DNA of 64,000 nt, from NCBI GenBank assembly GCA_034439575.1, contig JAWXAQ010000035.1:96001-160000 (forward strand), in the 5' to 3' direction. The stretch is from Leptospira sp. (GTDB lineage Bacteria; Spirochaetota; Leptospiria; Leptospirales; Leptospiraceae). Positions 50,023 to 59,483 of this stretch are shown in pieces (the stretch's first letter is position 1; every line of letters begins with the position of its first letter). Below the pieces are notes generated by a model. It saw nothing but the letters and a program-made list of their open reading frames with translations. It was not told the origin of the DNA and made no database searches. The position numbers and the translations under genes were made by a program.

Positions 50023-50397
50023 TTATGATTTTGGCCCAGAGTAAACACAGGAACTTGAACAAGTTTCATAAACTGTGATTTTATCAAGAAGGGGTAACTT
50101 TGGTTTGATTTGATTCCAAAGCCAGACAGCCAGATTTTCACTCGTGGGATTTTCAAGTCCCTTCACATCATTTAACACATAATGATCAAGATGTTTTTCT
50201 ACAATTGGTTTTATGGCATTTTTTAATTCACTGAAATCCATGACCCAACCTGTGTGTGGATGAATTTCACCTTTTAAGGTAACAGAAAATCGAAAGCTAT
50301 GTCCGTGCATTCGTTTACACTTATGTCCTTCGGGTACATTGGGAAGGAAATGTGCGGCTTCAAATCCGAAAGTTTTTGATAACTCGATCTCTTCCAT
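50023..50397 (-). CDS. queD: 6-carboxy-5,6,7,8-tetrahydropterin synthase
   Basis: FEAAH, CKRMHGHS, LDH, PTSEN, YET; start at ATG 50397. Confidence 0.95.
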   Translation of the reverse strand: MEEIELSKTFGFEAAHFLPNVPEGHKCKRMHGHSFRFSVTLKGEIHPHTGWVMDFSELKNAIKPIVEKHLDHYVLNDVKGLENPTSENLAVWLWNQIKPKLPLLDKITVYETCSSSCVYSGPKS

Positions 50398-50399
50398 TT

Positions 50400-51827
50400 C
50401 TACTCTTCCGTAGAATATTCCGTAAACAATGACTTTTGATTGCCAGCATGATTTTGAAATTCCACAGGATAGTTTGCTGTAAAACAAGCATCACAGAACC
50501 CACCGCCTTTGTGACCTTCCACCGCCGCATTCATTTTCTCTAATGTTAGATATGCTAATGTATCTACTCTCAAATACTTTCGAATTTCTTCGATTGAGTG
50601 GGTAGCCGCAATGAGCTCACTATGCGTCGGAATATCAATTCCATAATAACAAGGGGAAACGGTCGGGGGAGCAGAAACTCTAAAATGAATCTCTTTAGCG
50701 CCCGCAGCTTTAATCATTTTAATGATCTTTCTACTAGTTGTTCCTCGCATAACAGAGTCATCGATGACAACCACTCTTTTACCATTTACAACTTCTTTCA
50801 CTACATTGTATTTTACTTTGGCACCAAAATCTCTAATCTTTTGATCTGGTTCAATAAAAGTTCTGCCAACGTAATGTGAACGAATCAGTCCACTTTGGTA
50901 TGGAATGCCCGATTCTTCTGAAAATCCAAGTGCGGCAATATTTGCCGAATCTGGTACAGGAATCACTACGTCCGCTTCAACTGGCATAACACGAGCTAGC
51001 TGGCGACCGAGTGATTTTCGGACTTTATAAACAGATTCTTCAAAAATATAAGAATCGGGACGTGCAAAATAGATATATTCAAAAATACAAAGACTCGGTT
51101 TCGCTTTTGGAAAAGGAAACAAAGATCTTATTCCAGAATGATCTATGACAATCATTTCTCCGGGTGCTACATCTCTTACATATTCAGTCTCAGTAATATC
51201 AAAAGCACATGTTTCAGATGCAAAAACAATAGATCCATCAGAACGTTTTCCCATAACCAAGGGTCTGAATCCATTCGGATCCCTAACAGCAATCAAATAC
51301 CTTGGAGTCAATACTAACAAAGAATAGGCTCCGCGTACTTGGGCAAGGGATTCGCAAAGTGCTTCCAATAAATCTGTTTTGTGGCTCTTTGCCATCAAAT
51401 GTACAATAACTTCTGAATCAATTGTGGTCTGAAAGATGGAACCATCTCTTTCGAGTTTATTTCGAATGTCCCAGGAATTGACTAAATTTCCGTTATGTGC
51501 AAGTGCAATCGGTCCTAAGTGTGACTCGACTCTCACAGGTTGTGCATTTCTTAAAAAACTAGCACCTGTTGTAGAATACCGATTGTGTCCAATGGCAGAA
51601 TCGCCGATAAGTTCCCGAATTTTTGGTTGGGTAAAAATATTTGCAACAAGACCCATATTCGCATAGCGGTAAAGATGAGTTCCATCCGTGGAAACAATGC
51701 CACTGGATTCTTGACCTCGGTGTTGCTGAGAATATAGTCCTAAGTAAGTAAAGTTGGCGGCCTCTTTACTGTTGTAGATGCCGAATATGGCACACTCTTC
51801 TTTTGGTTTGTCAGATTGAAGAATCAT
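50400..51827 (-). CDS. purF: Amidophosphoribosyltransferase
   Basis: EECAIFG, QHRGQES, HNGNL, CIFEYIYFARPDS, DDSVMRGTT. Confidence 0.97.
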   Translation of the reverse strand: MILQSDKPKEECAIFGIYNSKEAANFTYLGLYSQQHRGQESSGIVSTDGTHLYRYANMGLVANIFTQPKIRELIGDSAIGHNRYSTTGASFLRNAQPVRVESHLGPIALAHNGNLVNSWDIRNKLERDGSIFQTTIDSEVIVHLMAKSHKTDLLEALCESLAQVRGAYSLLVLTPRYLIAVRDPNGFRPLVMGKRSDGSIVFASETCAFDITETEYVRDVAPGEMIVIDHSGIRSLFPFPKAKPSLCIFEYIYFARPDSYIFEESVYKVRKSLGRQLARVMPVEADVVIPVPDSANIAALGFSEESGIPYQSGLIRSHYVGRTFIEPDQKIRDFGAKVKYNVVKEVVNGKRVVVIDDSVMRGTTSRKIIKMIKAAGAKEIHFRVSAPPTVSPCYYGIDIPTHSELIAATHSIEEIRKYLRVDTLAYLTLEKMNAAVEGHKGGGFCDACFTANYPVEFQNHAGNQKSLFTEYSTEE

Positions 51828-51868
51828 TGGCAGAATGACAATTGCAGTATTTCTTGAATCACCATTAG

Positions 51869-53086
51869 ATGCAAATCAATTCCAACTATATTCTCGTAGA
51901 TACACCGAAAGCACTCGAACTTGCTTTAATTAACCTACGACAGTCCAAAATCCTATCCATTGACACAGAATCTTCTGGTTATTATACATATTATCCACGA
52001 GTCTGCCTCATTCAGATCAATTCCAATGGCAAAAATTATCTAATCGACCCACTGAAAATTTCCGATTTGAAGTCTTTACATCCACTTTTTATCGATGAAA
52101 AGATTCTAAAAATTTTTCATTCGGCACAGGATGATATTAGGGCTCTAAAACGAGATTTTGCCTTTGAATTCAAAAACGTAGCAGATACTATGATTAGTTC
52201 TCGATTACTTTCCATGGAACAAAGCTCTCTCTCTTTTGTTGTGGAATACTTTCATAAAGTCGCACTTTCCAAAGTAGAACAAAAGTCAAATTGGGAGATC
52301 CGACCGCTTCAAAAACAACAGCTTCGTTATGCGGCACTTGATACTGCTTACTTAGAGTCTATTTGGATCAAAATGGAAGAAGACCTCCGCAAACGAAATC
52401 TATACGACGAAGCAAAATCCGAATTCGAATTTACAGCATCAGAAGCCTATGTAGCCAAAGATGGGGAAGGATTTTCCTTAGCCAAGTTCCCAGACATTGT
52501 CAATTTCACACCACTCGAAAGAAGAAAAATTTTAGAACTCCTTCGTTACCGAGATGAAAAAGCAAAGCGAGTCAACAAAGCTAGTTTTAGAGTTTTTGGA
52601 AATGATAAACTTTCCCAAGCCGTCAAAGAACAACCAAATGAAGAAAGATGTATCGAATGGTTTGGTAAAAAAGACGGAGCCGAAATTTATAAATTACTTA
52701 TCAGCGAATACAATGATCCGATCGAAGCATCTGAACTTTCCAAACGACATGGGGAAGACTTAAATGAAGAGGAAGATAAAAAATTCCAATTAGCGAAAAA
52801 ATGGCGCCTTCGCATTATGCGCATTCGACGAATGGAACATTCCCTTTTACCATCCAATAAACAATTAATTGTGATTCTAAAGGCAAATCCTCAAAATCTC
52901 GACGAACTTAGATCTTTAAAGGTTTTTTCAGATTGGAAAGTAGACAATTATGGACCTTCCCTCATTGCCGCTTTATCTGGACTGAATTATGATTCTATGA
53001 TCAACCGATTATCGCCCGTTAGATCAAAAGAAGCCTTTATCGCCAAACGAAGAAAATCACAAAATCATTCTTCCAAAGAAGGATGA
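51869..53086 (+). CDS. rnd: Ribonuclease D
   Basis: DEDDy motifs IDTE, FHSAQDD, YAALD; two HRDC-like regions. Confidence 0.9.
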   Translation: MQINSNYILVDTPKALELALINLRQSKILSIDTESSGYYTYYPRVCLIQINSNGKNYLIDPLKISDLKSLHPLFIDEKILKIFHSAQDDIRALKRDFAFEFKNVADTMISSRLLSMEQSSLSFVVEYFHKVALSKVEQKSNWEIRPLQKQQLRYAALDTAYLESIWIKMEEDLRKRNLYDEAKSEFEFTASEAYVAKDGEGFSLAKFPDIVNFTPLERRKILELLRYRDEKAKRVNKASFRVFGNDKLSQAVKEQPNEERCIEWFGKKDGAEIYKLLISEYNDPIEASELSKRHGEDLNEEEDKKFQLAKKWRLRIMRIRRMEHSLLPSNKQLIVILKANPQNLDELRSLKVFSDWKVDNYGPSLIAALSGLNYDSMINRLSPVRSKEAFIAKRRKSQNHSSKEG

Positions 53087-53712
53087 ATCTAAATTTATCT
53101 CAAATTAAAAACGAACTATCTCAAGTTTGGCAAGAACTGCCAAACACAAAAGAAAAAATATCATCCGTCATAGTTCCTGTTTTTGAATCGGACACTCTTG
53201 GCCAAGGACTTATCCTTACGCAAAGATCAAAACATCTAAAATCACATCCCGGACAAATTTCGTTCCCTGGCGGTGTTGTGGATCCAGAAGATAGCGATTT
53301 ATTGCAATGTGCCCTCAGGGAATGGGAGGAGGAAATGGGAGTGACGAGAGATCATATAGAAGTGCTCGGAAAACATACAGGACTGCAAACTCGCACAGGA
53401 TTTCATATCACTCCATTTTTAGGCAAATATACAGGGGATTTTATCTTTTCACATAACAAAGACGAGGTGGAAAAAATAATCATACTTCCATTAAACGAGT
53501 TAATCCATGCTCCTTTTTATAAGATAAATATCCCAAATCAAAAAATTTTGAATACGGCATATTATTTTGATTTGAAAGAAGGATTACTTTGGGGTGCCAC
53601 TTGCGAAATCATACTAAGTTTTCTAAAAGATTATGCCTCATTTGAACGTATTCCCCAAATCGTAAAGCCCAACCTCAATTTCCCTCCTTTCTTGAATCCG
53701 AAACTACTCTAA
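53083..53712 (+). CDS. Nudix CoA pyrophosphatase
   Basis: LTQRSKHLKSHPGQISFPGG, ALREWEEEMG, LWGAT. Confidence 0.92.
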   Translation: MNLNLSQIKNELSQVWQELPNTKEKISSVIVPVFESDTLGQGLILTQRSKHLKSHPGQISFPGGVVDPEDSDLLQCALREWEEEMGVTRDHIEVLGKHTGLQTRTGFHITPFLGKYTGDFIFSHNKDEVEKIIILPLNELIHAPFYKINIPNQKILNTAYYFDLKEGLLWGATCEIILSFLKDYASFERIPQIVKPNLNFPPFLNPKLL

Positions 53713-53765
53713 GGTATTTTAATTTTTGCACCGAAGTTTAAAGGGTGAACTCCCTTCACAAATTT

Positions 53766-54788
53766 ATGCGAAAATTATCTTTTTCTCTGCTTTTATTTTT
53801 TTATATTTTCCCTATTCAATCAAATCCACAAGCACCTAACAGACGATTTGTTTTTATTTTGGATGCCAGTGGTTCCATGGCAGAAAAAATTGATGGTGTT
53901 TCCAGAATGGCCATCGCCAAAGATCAATTAATGAATTTTTTAAGCAAACTTCCAAATGATTCAGAAGTTGGTCTTGTTGCCTATGGTAATCGAATCGCAG
54001 GATGTAACTCTGCAAGACTTTACCAACCCATACAACGCGGTGGTTCCTTTTCTGCGATGACAAAGCTTGCTAGTATTATTCCCTCCGGGTCTACACCAAT
54101 TGCACAAACCTTAGATCTCGTTGGCGAATATATCCTTTCCGATCAAAGAGAAACAGATATCATTTTTATTTCAGATGGAGTGGAAAGTTGTGAAGGGGAT
54201 CCTGTTTTATCTCTTTCCAGAATGAAAGCACGTGGGAAAAAATTTAATCTGCATATACTCGGCATTGATTTAGATGCCAAAGCAGAAGAAGACCTAACTT
54301 CTCTTTCACGAACAGGGAATGGCAAATACTTTAAAGTCAATAAAAGAGAGGATATGGAACTGGCACTTCTTTCGCTTGGTAACATTCCAAATCCTATCAT
54401 TACTGAAAACACACTTAAAGCAGAACCATTTATCAGAATTATAAGTATTTTGCCTTACTCCAATCACAAAGAGGACGAATCGTATATTATTCATTATGAA
54501 TATGAGGGATTGGCAAATTCAAAAAACCAATTGGTCCAATTGAATCTTTATCCTAGAGAAAAAAACCAAACTACCCGTGAACTCCCACCCCTTCGTGATC
54601 GCAGAATTGGCGATATTTCCCAAACGGAAATTCAATTCCAAAGTCAATGGCGAGGGAAAGGCAAACTGATCATCAAATTAACAGGTGAAAAGGAATCCGA
54701 AACTTCATTAGAGTTATGGAGTTTGGAAAACATTCCCAAAATCATTGCCAAATCCGACATAAAACTTCTTCAGAATTTTTCCCCATAA
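53766..54788 (+). CDS. Exported von Willebrand factor A domain protein
   Basis: Signal peptide; MIDAS DASGS, GSTPIA, ISDGVESC. Confidence 0.88.
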   Translation: MRKLSFSLLLFFYIFPIQSNPQAPNRRFVFILDASGSMAEKIDGVSRMAIAKDQLMNFLSKLPNDSEVGLVAYGNRIAGCNSARLYQPIQRGGSFSAMTKLASIIPSGSTPIAQTLDLVGEYILSDQRETDIIFISDGVESCEGDPVLSLSRMKARGKKFNLHILGIDLDAKAEEDLTSLSRTGNGKYFKVNKREDMELALLSLGNIPNPIITENTLKAEPFIRIISILPYSNHKEDESYIIHYEYEGLANSKNQLVQLNLYPREKNQTTRELPPLRDRRIGDISQTEIQFQSQWRGKGKLIIKLTGEKESETSLELWSLENIPKIIAKSDIKLLQNFSP

Positions 54789-54804
54789 TGTCGACATATG
54801 TCTT

Positions 54805-55320
54805 ATGAGATTCGTTTTATTTTGCCTACTTTTTGTATTATATTCATTCGCAACGGTTTCGATCCAGATTCATGCAGAGAGTGGGAAAAAAATAACTGAA
54901 GTATACAAAGCTGAAGAAATCAAACAAGGTGAACTTTTGTATAAAAAAGCTTCCGAATTTTATACAGACAGAAATTATTCCAAAGCGATCGAAGAAACGA
55001 AACTATTTTTAATCCTCTTTTTACGACATCCGAAAGAATGGGATGCTAGAAAATTACTATCCCAATGTTACCAAAAGACTGGTGATACCCTTGCATTGGC
55101 AGAAAATGAGCTACAAATGTACAAAGATTACCCGAATACCGAGGAAGGTTTGGATGCGTATCTGGAATCCGCAAGGGCAATGATACGGATGGGTAGAGAA
55201 AATAAAGCAATTTCAATTTTAAAAGATATAACTCAGAATACGTATTCTTCAAAAATAGCGCAAGAAGCCGAATTGGAACTTGGACAGCTCGAAATTTTAA
55301 ATATGAGTAAAAATAAGTAA
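54805..55320 (+). CDS. Exported TPR protein (BamD/CpoB-like fold)
   Basis: Signal peptide; TPR helices with YP/HP turns. Confidence 0.7.
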   Translation: MRFVLFCLLFVLYSFATVSIQIHAESGKKITEVYKAEEIKQGELLYKKASEFYTDRNYSKAIEETKLFLILFLRHPKEWDARKLLSQCYQKTGDTLALAENELQMYKDYPNTEEGLDAYLESARAMIRMGRENKAISILKDITQNTYSSKIAQEAELELGQLEILNMSKNK

Positions 55321-55403
55321 TTTTTAGGAAAATATTGCCTCTATGATCTCCGATAATAAAGTAGTCACGTTCACAGAGAGAAAGGACCTAGAGTAATTTA
55401 ACG

Positions 55404-56615
55404 ATGTCATTTTTTCAAATGGTTACCTTCCCAGCAAACTCCTACATCATTGTAGAAGGGAAGAAAGATGCGAACAATTTCTATATTATACGAGAAGGTA
55501 AAGTACGTGTAACCCGTGAAACTGCTGTAGTCGGAGAAGATCCGAATCAGGTTCTTGGACCAGGAGACTTTTTTGGTGTAGTGGCTGCAATGAGCCAACA
55601 CGCACAAATCGAATCCGCTACTTCCTTAACAAATGTTTCTCTCATTTCCGTTAGTTACGACCAATTCGGAACTTTAATCCAAAAATCAACTGCGGTTGCG
55701 ATGAACATCATTCGTTTCTTCTCTATGAAGTTACGTCAGTTCGATACGACCATCACTCGCTTATCTTTTCGTAATGCGGTGGAAGAAGATCCGAACGAAT
55801 TGTTCAAAATTGGTGAATATTATTTCCAACAACAAAACAATTCACATGCTACATTCGCGTATCAAAGTTATTTAAAACATCTCCCAAGCGGACAATTTGT
55901 ACCCCAAGCAAAGTTAAGATTACAAACGATCAACCAACCTTTCCAGGGACCTGTGATCGATTATACAAAATTCAATAGAAATTATAAAGACAATGAAATG
56001 ATCTTTTGTGAGCACGAGCCTGGTAAGGAATTGTTCATTCTCCAAGGTGGAAAGGTCAAGATTTCTAAAATAGTAAATCAGAATGAAGTAATGTTGGCTG
56101 TTCTCCAAGCTGGCGACATTTTTGGGGAGATGGCGATCCTAGATAATAAACCTAGATCGGCCTCCGCCATTGCTTCTGGAGAAGTAGAACTTCTTGCTAT
56201 CAACAAAGCAAACTTTGAAGGAATGGTCAAGGCTCAGCCGCAACTTGCGACTAGACTCATTACCCTACTTTCAGAAAGAATCTGGACTGCTTACAAACAA
56301 CTTGCCAATTTATTGTTAAAAGATGCGCAAGCTAGGATCGTAGATACACTTCTAACTTTGAGCGAAAAAAACAGAGTTAAAATTGCACCTAAACAAGCAT
56401 ATAATTTTGAAATCGGTTCCAAAGACTTACTCAAAATGGTGGGTTTGACGGATCCCAAAGACGAATTGTTAATAGCTGATTTAATGAAACAAAATAAATT
56501 CATTCGTTTAGATATGGGTAAAATCGTTTGTTCCGATATGGCAGAATTAGAGAAACTAGTCCAGTTTTATCATAAAAAAGCCAGCATGGAAAATAAACTT
56601 AAGAAGTTGAAATAA
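55404..56615 (+). CDS. Crp/Fnr family protein with two cNMP-binding domains and a central TPR-like segment
   Basis: FYIIREGKV...GDFFG and LFILQGGKV...FGEMAILDNKPRSASA. Confidence 0.9.
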   Translation: MSFFQMVTFPANSYIIVEGKKDANNFYIIREGKVRVTRETAVVGEDPNQVLGPGDFFGVVAAMSQHAQIESATSLTNVSLISVSYDQFGTLIQKSTAVAMNIIRFFSMKLRQFDTTITRLSFRNAVEEDPNELFKIGEYYFQQQNNSHATFAYQSYLKHLPSGQFVPQAKLRLQTINQPFQGPVIDYTKFNRNYKDNEMIFCEHEPGKELFILQGGKVKISKIVNQNEVMLAVLQAGDIFGEMAILDNKPRSASAIASGEVELLAINKANFEGMVKAQPQLATRLITLLSERIWTAYKQLANLLLKDAQARIVDTLLTLSEKNRVKIAPKQAYNFEIGSKDLLKMVGLTDPKDELLIADLMKQNKFIRLDMGKIVCSDMAELEKLVQFYHKKASMENKLKKLK

Positions 56616-56665
56616 TTTCTTGTTGCGTTTTTACACATTCCGATCGTCTATTTATTGGAATCACA

Positions 56666-56971
56666 ATGAACGAAAAAATACAAATCGAAGAAAAAGGAAA
56701 TACGATTCATATTAAATTTATGGATCAAATCCTAGATGGGAATTCTACAGAATTAAAAGAAATTCTCAGCAACACATTAGAAAAGTCAGTTTCAGAAGTT
56801 TATCTTGATTTGGAGAAAGTTGTGATCGTAAGTTCCCTTGGAATTTCGAGACTTCTCTCTTTTAAAAACAAAGCAGATGAAAAGAAGATGGTGGTAAAGA
56901 TTATCAACATCCAAGAAAAATTGAAAGAAACTCTTAAAAAACTTATGTTGGATCAATTTTTCGGATTATAA
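56666..56971 (+). CDS. STAS domain anti-sigma factor antagonist
   Basis: 101 aa; LDLEKVVIVSSLGI matches the STAS phosphoserine motif. Confidence 0.85.
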   Translation: MNEKIQIEEKGNTIHIKFMDQILDGNSTELKEILSNTLEKSVSEVYLDLEKVVIVSSLGISRLLSFKNKADEKKMVVKIINIQEKLKETLKKLMLDQFFGL

Positions 56972-57054
56972 AGATCGGACGCTTTCAAAAATTTCTCAAT
57001 TGGTTTAAACTCAATCATTTAACCGAGGGATTAAATGATAGCGAAGCTCGAGCG

Positions 57055-58320
57055 GTGAGGATCACTGCTTCGTTCCAAGCGATTATGATCATGATTCCGA
57101 CGTTTCTTCTGCCGGTAATTTTTATTACCGAACCCCCAGAGACTCATCCGTATTCATTATTCTTTTATATAACGTCTGTAATACCATTAGCATATTCTAG
57201 ATTTCTACTATATAAGAAAAAGTTTACTATAAGTGCAGTGATCACTCTCCTGGCAGCAAATTACCATATTCTTGCATTATCATATTCGCAAGCCGATGAT
57301 CCGGCACCTCTTGGATTCTTATTATTTGCTGTGATGCCATTTTTGATGATTTCAAGAAAAAATGTTATCGTTCGCTGGTTTTTTGTTAGTTTAGCTGGCT
57401 TTTTATTTTTAGGTTCTCAATATTATTATAGAGTCATGGGTGGTGCGGGCATATTCGGGCCGCCAAAATGGATAGTACCAGCGGATTATCTTATGCCACC
57501 ATTAATACTGGTGGTTGGTTTTTTCATTCTTTTAATAAACCAATTTGTGAAAGCAGTAAATTCAGCAGAAGATAGGTTAAACGAAGAATATCAAAAATCA
57601 GAAAGTCTTTTGTTAAATATTTTGCCACTCGATGTTGCCAAAGAGTTAAAACAAAATGGGATTAGCAAACCGAGCCATTATCCTTCAGCTACTGTCTGTT
57701 TTACGGACTTTGAAGGTTTCACAAAAATTGCAGAAACCCTTTCACCAACAGAACTAGTTGAAGAGTTAGACCGCTGTTTCTCGTATTTTGATAGTTTGAT
57801 GGAAAGACATAAATTAGAAAAACTTAAAACTATTGGTGATAGTTATATGTTTGTTGGTGGTATTCCAAAATCGAATACGACTCATGCTGTGGATTCTGTG
57901 ATGGCCGCTCTCGAAATACAGGCCTTTATGAATCAAATGAAGGAAATCAAAGCCGCCCAAGCTCTGCCCTATTGGCAACTCCGGCTTGGCATTCATTCTG
58001 GGGAACTGATTGCGGGCGTCATTGGTGATAAAAAATTCGCTTATGATGTGTGGAGTGATACTGTAAATACTGCCAGTCGATGTGAATCATCAGGTATGAC
58101 AGGAAAAATTAATATTTCTTCAACGACTTACGAATTGGTAAAAGATTTTTTCCAATGTGAATACAGAGGAGAGATTCCCGCAAAACACAAAGGAAACATC
58201 AGAATGTATTTTGTGGAAGGTCTCCTTCCCGAATTGCAACGGGAAGGTTTAGCCAATGTACCAAATCAAGAATTTGAAAATCGATATCTGAATCTTAGTA
58301 GAAAATTAGATCAAAAATAA
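57055..58320 (+). CDS. Membrane-bound class III adenylate cyclase (true start may be upstream)
   Basis: Several TM helices, SESLLLNILP, FTDFEGFT, KTIGDSYM, YDVWSDTVNTASR. Confidence 0.92.
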   Translation: MRITASFQAIMIMIPTFLLPVIFITEPPETHPYSLFFYITSVIPLAYSRFLLYKKKFTISAVITLLAANYHILALSYSQADDPAPLGFLLFAVMPFLMISRKNVIVRWFFVSLAGFLFLGSQYYYRVMGGAGIFGPPKWIVPADYLMPPLILVVGFFILLINQFVKAVNSAEDRLNEEYQKSESLLLNILPLDVAKELKQNGISKPSHYPSATVCFTDFEGFTKIAETLSPTELVEELDRCFSYFDSLMERHKLEKLKTIGDSYMFVGGIPKSNTTHAVDSVMAALEIQAFMNQMKEIKAAQALPYWQLRLGIHSGELIAGVIGDKKFAYDVWSDTVNTASRCESSGMTGKINISSTTYELVKDFFQCEYRGEIPAKHKGNIRMYFVEGLLPELQREGLANVPNQEFENRYLNLSRKLDQK

Positions 58321-58329
58321 TCGAACTGA

Positions 58330-59346
58330 CTAAAAACCTTGGTCTTTTAAATCTGCTTCCGTCATAATCTTAACTAATTCCTTAAATTTAACCGTGGGCT
58401 CCCAACCTAACTGCTGTTTTGCTTTTACTGGATTGCCGATTAATAATTCTACTTCGGTCGGTCGGTAGTATTTTGGATCTATTTTGACGATCACTTTTCC
58501 CGTCTTTTTATCTTTTCCAATTTCTTTATCCCCAGATCCTTCCCATACAACTTCGTAACCAGCTATTTTAAAAGATTCTTCGATAAATTCTCTTACCGTA
58601 TGTGTTTCGTTCGTTGCCACGACATAATCATCTGGTTTTTCTTTTTGCAACATCATCCACATCATTTGAACATAATCAGGTGCATAACCCCAGTCACGTT
58701 TTGAATCGATATTGCCCATAGTAATATGTGAAAGTTTGCCTGCTTTGACAGCAGCAACACCTAAAGTAATTTTTCTAGTTACAAAAGTTTCTCCACGTCT
58801 CGGAGATTCATGATTAAATAAAATACCATTTGAAGCATGTAAGCCATACGCCTCACGGTAGTTAACGACTGCCCAATATGCATACAATTTTGCTACCGCA
58901 TAAGGAGAACGCGGATAAAAAGGGGTCTTTTCTGTTTGTGGGACTTCTTGCACCAAACCGTACAATTCGGAAGTGGAAGCTTGATAAAACCTAGAAGCTA
59001 TGCCCGTTTGTTTGATGGCATCAAGGATACGCAGAGTACCTACGGCGTCTACTTCGGCTGTGTATTCTGGAACTTCAAAGGAAACTTGTACATGGGACTG
59101 TGCCGCTAAATTATAAATTTCAAATGGTTGAATCTTTTCTAAAATACGGTTTAAGTTCGAAGAGTCAGTTAAATCCCCATAGTGCAGGATTAATTTTTTA
59201 TTTTCATGTAAATGTTCGATGCGATTGCGATTGAAAAGACTTGTTCTACGAACGATACCATGAACTTCATATCCTTTCTCTAACAATAATTCTGCCAGAT
59301 AGGAGCCGTCTTGGCCAGTAATGCCGGTAATTAGCGCTTTTTTCAT
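58330..59346 (-). CDS. gmd: GDP-mannose 4,6-dehydratase
   Basis: [41 protein letters not shown]; start at ATG 59346. Confidence 0.97.
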   Translation of the reverse strand: MKKALITGITGQDGSYLAELLLEKGYEVHGIVRRTSLFNRNRIEHLHENKKLILHYGDLTDSSNLNRILEKIQPFEIYNLAAQSHVQVSFEVPEYTAEVDAVGTLRILDAIKQTGIASRFYQASTSELYGLVQEVPQTEKTPFYPRSPYAVAKLYAYWAVVNYREAYGLHASNGILFNHESPRRGETFVTRKITLGVAAVKAGKLSHITMGNIDSKRDWGYAPDYVQMMWMMLQKEKPDDYVVATNETHTVREFIEESFKIAGYEVVWEGSGDKEIGKDKKTGKVIVKIDPKYYRPTEVELLIGNPVKAKQQLGWEPTVKFKELVKIMTEADLKDQGF

Positions 59347-59483
59347 ATGACTATGAACAGACTCCATTTTTCCAATAATTAGAAAAGGAAAATTGATAGT
59401 CTGAAATCAGAAATTCGAACTAGGATATGGTTTTTAAGTATGTGAAGCAATTATAAATTCAAAAATTTGGCTACATTACAATT

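Noticed and set aside
49284..50397. queC/queD as a DNA 7-deazaguanine modification or QatABCD defence island
   Set aside because: No dpdA, ATPase or TatD neighbours; canonical short QueC and QueD in a housekeeping context.
50010..50487. Long N-terminal extensions of queC and queD in the ORF track
   Set aside because: They overlap upstream genes; family similarity starts at 50009 and 50397.
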